Part shown: positions 57,864-64,000 of the stretch, in pieces
How the letters are laid out: every line of letters begins with the position of its first letter
Position numbering within the stretch: position 1 is the first letter of the stretch
NCBI GenBank assembly: GCA_036267635.1
Contig: DATAVR010000012.1
Span: 6,834-70,833 of the forward strand
Source of the DNA: Polyangia bacterium
GTDB taxonomy: Bacteria; Myxococcota_A; Polyangia; Fen-1088
Reading direction: 5' to 3'
Length of the DNA stretch: 64,000 nucleotides
Notes under the pieces: generated by a model
The model's input: the letters and a program-made list of their open reading frames with translations, nothing else
Database searches by the model: none
What the model was told of the DNA's origin: nothing
Program-made: the position numbers and the translations under genes

Positions 57864-60304
57864 CCCCGGGGGAACGGCGTGAGGCACTGTCGCGTGAGCT
57901 GACCCGCCTGGCGGGGATCCCGCCTTCGCTCGACGAGATCAGCGACGATCGGGTGGCGGCGATCGTGGCCACGGGCCTGCTGACGCTCCCCTCGGCCGGG
58001 ATCGACGAGGTGATCCGGCACGCGCTGGCGGCGGTCGGTCTTCAGCGCGGCGTCGACCGCGCGTACTACTACCGGCTCGACGAGGGCGCCCGCTCGATCG
58101 ACCTGACGCACGAGTGGCACGCCTCCCATCTGCCGGCGCTCGGCGCCGTCCCGAAGTACGCGCACATGTCACTGGATCTGCTTCCCGCGTCGTTCCTGGC
58201 CAACTTGAAGCGGGGCGGGATGTTGCGGTTGCCGAGCACCCGGCAGTTTCTGGGCGGACCGATCGAACAGCTGGTCGCGCCCGACGGCGATCGCGCGCTG
58301 GCGCTGGTCCCCGTCCTGGTGGAGGGCGTGCTGGTCGGCGTCGCCGGCTTCGCCGCTGGCCCCGGCACGCTCTGCCAGGAGAAGGATCTGGTCCTCTTGC
58401 AGGTGGTGGCGCAGGGGGTGGCCCGCGCCGTCGAGCGCGGCCGGATCGACCGGGCGCTGGCGGTCAGCGAGGAGCGCTTCCGCGCCACCTGCGAGGCGTC
58501 GCCGTTCGGGATCTTCCTGGCCGGCCCGCGCGGCGAGTGCCTCTACGTCAACGCCGCCTGCCAGCGGATCATGGGCCTCTCCGCGGCGGACGCCCAGGGG
58601 CGCGGTTGGATGAGCGCGCTCCACCCGGACGATCGCGAGCACGTCGTCTCCCGGTGGGGCTCGACGGTCGAGGCGAGCGCGGGCTATGCGACGCCGGTTC
58701 ACCGGTTCGTTCATCCGAACGGCGATTTCGTCTTCGTCGAGGTGCGGGCCGTGCCGCTGGTCGGACCGCTCGGCGACCGGAACTTCCTGGGCATTCTCGA
58801 GGACGTCACCGGGCGGGTCGCCGCCGAGGCCGAGCGGCAGGAGCTGCTGGCCCGGGCGGAGGCGGCGCGCAGTGAAGCGGAGACGGCGCGCAAGGAGGCG
58901 GAGAACGCGCGCGCCGAGGTGGCCAGCATTCTCTCGCGCATCTCGGACGCCTTCGTCGCGCTCGACCTCGAGGGGCGCTACACCTACGCCAACGATCGCG
59001 CCGTCGTCATGACGGGGTGCTCGCGCGACGAGCTTCTGGGGCGAGACGCCTGGTCGCTCTTCCCGCACATTCAGGGGACCGGGTTTCAACAGGCGTTCGA
59101 GCTGGCGGTGCGGGAGCAGCGCCCGGTCGCCGTCGAGGGGCGCACGCCTGACGCCCGCTGGTTCGACGTCCGCCTCTACCCGTCGGCCACCGGCGTCTCG
59201 GTCTTCTTCGAGGACGTCTCGGATCGCAAGCGCCATGAAGAAGAGCTGACCGCCGATCGCGACTACCTGCGCCAGGAGCTGGGGGGCCGCGACTTCGAGG
59301 CCGAGGTGGTGGGCCTCGATCCAGGGCTGCGACGGGTGATGGAGAGCGTGGCGCGCGTGGCCGGCACCAACACCAACGTCCTCGTCACCGGCGAAACCGG
59401 AACCGGGAAGGAGCTGGTGGCGCGGGCGATTCACGCGGCCAGCCGGCGCCACGAGCGCCTGCTGGTCAAGGTGAACTGCGCGGCGATCTCGGCCGGCCTG
59501 GTGGAGAGCGAGCTGTTCGGACACGAGAAGGGGGCCTTCACCGGCGCCGTGCAGCGGCGCAAGGGGCGGTTCGAGCTGGCGCACGGCGGGACGCTGTTCC
59601 TCGACGAGGTGGGCGAGCTGCCGCCCGAGACGCAGGTGAAGCTCCTGCGCGTGCTGCAAGAGCGTGAGTTCGAGCGGGTGGGCGGCAGCGAAACGGTGCG
59701 CGTCGACGTGCGTGTCATCGCCGCCACCAACAGGAATTTGCGCGAGATGGTCGCCCGCGGCAGGTTCCGCGAGGATCTCTACTACCGGCTGGCGGTCTTT
59801 CCGGTGGCGCTGCCGCCGTTGCGCGAGCGCATGGCCGACATTCCGCTCCTGGCCCGCTCGTTCTTGCTGCGCTTCGCGCGTCAGGCCGGCCGGCCCATCC
59901 GCGATCTGACGCCCGAGGCGATGGACGCCCTGGTGAGCTATCGCTGGCCGGGCAACGTGCGCGAGCTGCAGAACGTGATCGAGCGATCCGTCATCCTGGC
60001 GCGTGGGCACCTGCTGGATCTCGACGCGCTCCCCGATCTCTCGGACGGTGCGCTGCTGGCCTATTCCGACGACTCCCCGAGCGCCCAGACGCCGGCGCCG
60101 GTTTATGCGATCCGTCCCGCGCCGAGGACCATCGACGAGGTCGAACGGGGCTACGTGACCGAGGTGCTGGCGGAGACGAGCTGGGTCATCGAAGGGGAGC
60201 GCGGCGCCGCACGCCGTCTCGGGCTGCACCCGAACACGCTTCGCTCCCGCCTCAAGCGATGGGGGCTCACCCGGCCGGTCGATCTTCTCGGCCGCTCGGC
60301 CTGA
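57860..60304 (+). CDS. Sigma-54-dependent transcriptional activator, GAF-PAS-PAS-AAA+-HTH, with no receiver domain
   Basis: PAS motifs: [15 protein letters not shown] and [16 protein letters not shown]+ motifs: [18 protein letters not shown] loop in [30 protein letters not shown]-terminal Fis-type HTH: [21 protein letters not shown]. Confidence 0.93.
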   Translation: MTPGERREALSRELTRLAGIPPSLDEISDDRVAAIVATGLLTLPSAGIDEVIRHALAAVGLQRGVDRAYYYRLDEGARSIDLTHEWHASHLPALGAVPKYAHMSLDLLPASFLANLKRGGMLRLPSTRQFLGGPIEQLVAPDGDRALALVPVLVEGVLVGVAGFAAGPGTLCQEKDLVLLQVVAQGVARAVERGRIDRALAVSEERFRATCEASPFGIFLAGPRGECLYVNAACQRIMGLSAADAQGRGWMSALHPDDREHVVSRWGSTVEASAGYATPVHRFVHPNGDFVFVEVRAVPLVGPLGDRNFLGILEDVTGRVAAEAERQELLARAEAARSEAETARKEAENARAEVASILSRISDAFVALDLEGRYTYANDRAVVMTGCSRDELLGRDAWSLFPHIQGTGFQQAFELAVREQRPVAVEGRTPDARWFDVRLYPSATGVSVFFEDVSDRKRHEEELTADRDYLRQELGGRDFEAEVVGLDPGLRRVMESVARVAGTNTNVLVTGETGTGKELVARAIHAASRRHERLLVKVNCAAISAGLVESELFGHEKGAFTGAVQRRKGRFELAHGGTLFLDEVGELPPETQVKLLRVLQEREFERVGGSETVRVDVRVIAATNRNLREMVARGRFREDLYYRLAVFPVALPPLRERMADIPLLARSFLLRFARQAGRPIRDLTPEAMDALVSYRWPGNVRELQNVIERSVILARGHLLDLDALPDLSDGALLAYSDDSPSAQTPAPVYAIRPAPRTIDEVERGYVTEVLAETSWVIEGERGAARRLGLHPNTLRSRLKRWGLTRPVDLLGRSA

Positions 60305-60311
60305 CGCCGGG

Positions 60312-60357
60312 CCACGATCGTTCGTGGTGGGTTCGTGGTGCCCACGGTGGGTCGTGG
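60312..60357 (+). promoter_or_regulatory. Phased CCACG/CGTGG half-site array (candidate enhancer/UAS)
   Basis: CCACG at 60312 and 60342. CGTGG at 60323, 60334 and 60353. The spacings are 11, 11, 8 and 11 bp. The array includes the perfect dyad CCACGA-tcgt-TCGTGG (60312-60327). It sits 65-110 bp upstream of the -24/-12 candidate. The direct repeat GTTTCCGGC x2 at 60381-60400 lies between them. Confidence 0.4.
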
Positions 60358-60420
60358 CGCGAGGTCGTTCGAGGGAGAACGTTTCCGGCGGGTTTCCGGC
60401 TCATTTGGCGATTCGACGAT

Positions 60421-60436
60421 TGGTATGGCCGTTGCT
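60421..60436 (+). promoter_or_regulatory. Candidate sigma-54 (-24/-12) promoter
   Basis: TGGTATGGCCGTTGCT compared with the consensus TGGCACG-N4-TTGCW. GG and GC are at the exact canonical spacing, and TTGC is intact. It lies 26-44 nt upstream of the kinase start candidates (60462/60480). Confidence 0.5.
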
Positions 60437-60479
60437 GTGCCTCCTGCGGTCGGGACGTTGGATGACGAAGGAGGATGAG

Positions 60480-61292
60480 ATGCAGTCAGCAGTCTCCGTG
60501 GCGAACGAAGAGGAGAACACCACCGTGGTCACGCACGAAGCCCTGGTGACCTTGCCGATCGAGGCGATCGCACATCTCGATCGCCTGGCGACGGCGAGCC
60601 TGCTGGCCACCGGGCTGGCGCACGAGATCGCCAACCCGCTCTCCTGCCTGCTGGCGGCGCTCGACGCGCTCGAAGCTCGACTGGGGCGACTGCGCTTGCG
60701 CGAGGAGGGCGAGGCGACCAACAGGGATCTGGACGAGCTGGCCTCGGACGTCGGGCTCGCGTCGGTGAGCGGAAACGAGATCTTCGCCCAGGTCCGCGAC
60801 TTTCAGCAGTTCCTGCGGCCGCGCGAGCTGGAGACGTCGACCCCCATCGATCTCAAGCCTCCCATCCTGCGCGCGGTCCGCATGGCGCGCGCGCGGCTCG
60901 GCGCCAAGAGCCCCGTGTCGGTGGTGTTGGAAGAGGCGCCGGCGGTTCGGATCCCCGCGAGCCGGGTGACGCAGATGGTCCTCAACCTGCTGCTCAACGC
61001 CGCCGACGCCATCGGCGACCGGCCCTGGAGCGCGAACCTGGTCGAGGTGCGGCTGTCGCGGGTGCAGCACTGGGCGGTCATCGAGGTGAAGGACAACGGC
61101 CCCGGGATCGACGCCGCCACGCGCCAGCACCTGTTCGAGCCCGGCGTGACCGGCAAGGCGGGCGGCCGCTCGCTCGGCCTCGGGCTGGCGATCTGTCGGG
61201 AGCTGGCCCGCGCGGCGGGTGGCGAGATCTCCGTGTCGTCGCCGCTTTCCGGCTCGACGCTGTTCCGGATCGCGCTGCCGCCGGGGGTTTAG
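60480..61292 (+). CDS. Cytoplasmic histidine kinase (HisKA + HATPase_c only)
   Basis: RBS GAAGGAGGA precedes the ATG at 60480 (alternative ATG at 60462). H-box LATGLAHEIANPLS, N-box LLLNAADA, VKDNGPGI, GLGLAICRE. I see no TM or sensor domain. Confidence 0.85.
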   Translation: MQSAVSVANEEENTTVVTHEALVTLPIEAIAHLDRLATASLLATGLAHEIANPLSCLLAALDALEARLGRLRLREEGEATNRDLDELASDVGLASVSGNEIFAQVRDFQQFLRPRELETSTPIDLKPPILRAVRMARARLGAKSPVSVVLEEAPAVRIPASRVTQMVLNLLLNAADAIGDRPWSANLVEVRLSRVQHWAVIEVKDNGPGIDAATRQHLFEPGVTGKAGGRSLGLGLAICRELARAAGGEISVSSPLSGSTLFRIALPPGV

Positions 61293-61307
61293 CCAGCCAG
61301 AGGGCCG

Positions 61308-63476
61308 TCAGCGGCCGGGGAAGATCGTCGTCGAGCGGGCCGGCTCTGGAAGGAGGCGATCGAGCTTCCCTCCGTACCAGGTGTACGCGCCGTAGAGCAG
61401 CAGCCCGACGAACAGGAGCGACTTCCAAGGGAAGGACTTCTCGGCGTATCTGTCGCTGGTGTCGCGCCGCGAGCCGCGCGGCAGCTTGGCGACGCTGCTC
61501 AACGTCGCACCGAACGGGACGTTGATCTTGGCGCGCGTGTTCACCGCCCAGCCGTTGGCGTCGAGGATCGGCCCCAGGTTGCGCTTGCGCAGCTTGATGT
61601 ACGCCAGCACCACCGAGGGGAGCGAGATGAGCAACATGATCCCCACGAACGCGCCGACGATGGCCAGCGGCCCCATCTTGAAGAGCCCGGTGGCGTAGCC
61701 GATGAGAGCGGTGGCGAACGTCCCGATGGCGCCGACGGCGACGCCCAGCGCGGCGACCGTGCCGACGTCGATCTTCTTGGCCTCGGGCGGCTTGACGTTG
61801 CCGACGTTGGCGGTCCCGGTGGCCGCCGTGGTCAGGACGCCGTGCGACTCGGCGTCGGCGGCGGCGGCGCGTTTCGCCACCTGCTCCTCCAGCAGCCGCA
61901 CGAACTTCTTGTAGGGCGCCCAGAACGCCTGGCGAAGGCTGATCGGGTTGTCGACGATCTTGGTGATGGTCGCGTCCCAGTCGCGCCCTTGCCGGTCGTA
62001 GAAGACGCCGTTGCGCCCGATCATCAGGTTGTCGCTGTCGCCGGCGGTGAAGGCGGCGACGATCTGCACCTTCTCGCTGGTGGCAGGACGGGTGCAGTCC
62101 AGGTAGGCGAGAAAGGCGCCCGCCAACCCCACCATGGTGGCGTGCTTGGCGGCGTCGGCCACCGGCAGGCAGAGGTGGCAGGCGCGCTGATCGAGGTACA
62201 GGGTGCCGTACTGAAAAATCGCCGGGCGTCCGTCGTAGAAGTCCTCGAAGCTGACGAAGTTGGTGCAGAGCCGGACCAGATCGCGGTGGTAGCGCACCAG
62301 GCGCTCCACCTCACCGATGCTGGCCGCCTCGGCCTCGAGCGCCTTGTCGCGCGCCAGCAGGCCAGCCACCACCTCGGCGCCGCCCGAGGCGAGGATCTCG
62401 CGAACGCGGGCGACGCCCAGCTTCTCGACCCGCTGGCCCTCCTTCACGGCGAGCCAGGCCTCGTACGGCGCGAGCTTGGCGCCGAGGGCCAGCCAGTCGC
62501 TCTCGGTGAGCTGGGCGCGCGCTCCCAAGAGCGGTCCGACGGCGTCGTCGCGCAGCGTCCGGAGCGCCGCCGCATGAGCCGGGTTCACCGGTCCGGCCAG
62601 CGGCAGCGGCCGCTCCGCCGCCGCCAGCGCCAGCGGGAAGCCGGCGATCTCCTCGACGGAGATCGTCAGCGTCTGCGCCGCGATCGGCAGATACTCCTCG
62701 GCGTTCCGGTTGATCGAGGAGAGCGCGCGCGGGTCGAAGGCCGCCAGCCGGCAGCGCCCGAAGTAGTCGTCGACCCTGGGCTTGACGATCGCGACCGCGG
62801 CGGCGGCGGCGGCGGTCGGCTCGGGGCCGAGGGGGAAGACGTTCGCCGGGCTCTCCTCGCCCCGCGCGTGCCAGGCGCTGAACGCGCGCGCCTCGGCGAA
62901 GAACGCGTCGGTGTTCGGGCCGTCGATGCCAGGCTTGCCGGAGCGGTCGGCGACAGAGCCGATGGTCTCGCCGATCTCCAGGATCAGGGCGCGCGTGGCG
63001 TCGTCTTCGGCGGCGGTCTCGGTGATGACGCCGTCGCCGTTGAACACCGTGTCGGCGAAGATGCGCGCCGGATCGCCGACGTCCTCCAGCGAGATCTCGG
63101 CGCTCTCGGGCTTGCCGATGTCGGCCAGGATCCGCCGGGCCGAGGCCAGCAGGGTCCTCCCGGCGGGGAGCGCGTCGTTGATCGACGCCAGCGGTAAGGC
63201 CGCCGCCCCCTTGAAGAGATCGTTCGGGTCCCTGAGATTGGCGCAAGCGAACGTCACCGCGGCGACCAGCTCGGGGGCGCGCACCCGACCGTCCTTGTCG
63301 GTGTCGATCAGCGCCAGCGTCCGCGCGTCGATCTCGAGCCCGATCGTCGGGCAGGCGAGGGCGACCCAGAGCTTCTGATCGAGCGCCCCGAGGTTCGCCA
63401 GGTCGGCGCCCGAGGCCAGCTTGACCTGATCGAAGCCGCCCGCACGAAAGAACGTCCAGCGATGCCCGTCGCTCAT
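61308..63476 (-). CDS. Large conserved-hypothetical protein with a canonical EF-hand loop and a C-terminal multi-TM anchor
   Basis: From the Met at 63476: MSDGHRWTFFRAGGFDQVKL. EF-hand loop DTDKDGRVRAPE (D-x-D-x-DG-x-V-x-x-x-E). The middle is a long helical region. The C-terminal hydrophobic helices are VGTVAALGVAVGAIGTFATALIGYA, GPLAIVGAFVGIMLLISLPSVVLAYI and LLFVGLLLYGAYTWY. Confidence 0.85.
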   Translation of the reverse strand: MSDGHRWTFFRAGGFDQVKLASGADLANLGALDQKLWVALACPTIGLEIDARTLALIDTDKDGRVRAPELVAAVTFACANLRDPNDLFKGAAALPLASINDALPAGRTLLASARRILADIGKPESAEISLEDVGDPARIFADTVFNGDGVITETAAEDDATRALILEIGETIGSVADRSGKPGIDGPNTDAFFAEARAFSAWHARGEESPANVFPLGPEPTAAAAAAVAIVKPRVDDYFGRCRLAAFDPRALSSINRNAEEYLPIAAQTLTISVEEIAGFPLALAAAERPLPLAGPVNPAHAAALRTLRDDAVGPLLGARAQLTESDWLALGAKLAPYEAWLAVKEGQRVEKLGVARVREILASGGAEVVAGLLARDKALEAEAASIGEVERLVRYHRDLVRLCTNFVSFEDFYDGRPAIFQYGTLYLDQRACHLCLPVADAAKHATMVGLAGAFLAYLDCTRPATSEKVQIVAAFTAGDSDNLMIGRNGVFYDRQGRDWDATITKIVDNPISLRQAFWAPYKKFVRLLEEQVAKRAAAADAESHGVLTTAATGTANVGNVKPPEAKKIDVGTVAALGVAVGAIGTFATALIGYATGLFKMGPLAIVGAFVGIMLLISLPSVVLAYIKLRKRNLGPILDANGWAVNTRAKINVPFGATLSSVAKLPRGSRRDTSDRYAEKSFPWKSLLFVGLLLYGAYTWYGGKLDRLLPEPARSTTIFPGR

Positions 63477-63556
63477 CGGGCGTTTTGTAACACGCCGGCG
63501 CTCCACATTCCCGGCTCGTTGACCGCGGGGCGCCCGATGCTACATTCCCGCCCCCC

Positions 63557-64000
63557 ATGAAATCACGCCCCCTCATCTTCTGCTCCGCTGCCTCGTTGTT
63601 TCTCGCCGCGACGGCCATCGCGCAGACCGCCCCGACCTTCACCTATGCCAAGCCCGACGCGGTGAAGCCCGCGGAGCCGTCAACACCGCCCCCGCCGCCG
63701 CCCCCGCCGCCCGTCGAGTGGAAGGCGCAGGTCAAGGGGGGCTTCCTCATGACCTCCGGAAACGCGGAGACGACGGGGACCTCCGTCGCCGGGAACGTTT
63801 CGCGCAAGGAGGGGAACAACAGGCTGACCATCGACGCGGGCGCGGCGTACGGGCGGTCGAACGTGGTGACGCCGGTGCCCGACATGACGGTGCCGAACCA
63901 GATCGACGGCATCACCCGGACGAACATCGAGACCAACAACAACTGGTTCGGGAAGGGGCGCTACGACCGCTTCTTCACGCTCAACAACTCCGGCTACGTC
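63557..64000 (+). CDS. DUF481-like outer-membrane protein, 5' part (runs off the window end)
   Basis: My own translation from the ATG at 63557: MKSRPLIFCSAASLFLAATAIAQT (signal peptide), a PPPPPPPPP tract, then WKAQVKGGFLMTSGNAETTG...NNNWFGKGRYDRFF, typical of the DUF481/YdiY family. It is open to the end of the window. Confidence 0.75.
   Translation, partial: MKSRPLIFCSAASLFLAATAIAQTAPTFTYAKPDAVKPAEPSTPPPPPPPPPVEWKAQVKGGFLMTSGNAETTGTSVAGNVSRKEGNNRLTIDAGAAYGRSNVVTPVPDMTVPNQIDGITRTNIETNNNWFGKGRYDRFFTLNNSGYV

Noticed and set aside
58169-60229. 686-aa minus-strand ORF
   Set aside because: It is antisense to the sigma-54 activator, whose AAA+ motifs ([14 protein letters not shown]) fix the coding strand.

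Overview
This is a very GC-rich bacterial chromosomal window, roughly 70 percent GC by eye (not computed). The gene content looks Myxococcota-like, which is an inference from a PEGA-domain Ser/Thr kinase, FHA-GGDEF, PilZ, sigma-54 and two-component genes, and many secreted enzymes carrying long Gly/Thr/Ser linkers. I can support about 50 protein-coding genes, three decayed genes, and a few repeats and regulatory candidates. I found no rRNA, tRNA, CRISPR array, transposase or integrase.

Layout:
- 0-14 kb: signalling and housekeeping genes (kinase, aldo/keto reductase, dienelactone hydrolase, ligA, PilZ, rnhB, FHA-GGDEF, YkuD-like lipoprotein).
- 14-27 kb: a plant-polysaccharide CAZyme island (GH3, GH30, GH44, GH3, two GH43), with a GH53 at 46.5-48.1 kb.
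- 27.4-28.7 kb: two odd Cys-rich secreted proteins.
- 29.6-35.1 kb: bshA-bshC, divergent from a giant PIG-L deacetylase.
- 35-38.5 kb: symporter, DinB, SDR.
- 38.57-40.55 kb: a Sec-signal six-Cys peptide plus DUF692 (MNIO) plus DUF2063 operon, followed by a 1388-aa transglutaminase/TPR protein.
- 44.9-46.5 kb: a gene-decay patch.
- 48.2-52 kb: an ECF sigma/anti-sigma module.
- 53-61.3 kb: modABC, two two-component pairs and a receiver-less sigma-54 activator, with a candidate -24/-12 promoter.
- 61.3-64 kb: a large EF-hand membrane protein and a DUF481 gene.

The best candidate for an unusual system is the MNIO RiPP (bufferin-type metallophore) operon.

Because of the GC content, most real genes are shadowed by long antisense or out-of-frame ORFs in the track, and I rejected those. 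All family calls come from motif recognition by eye, not from database searches.
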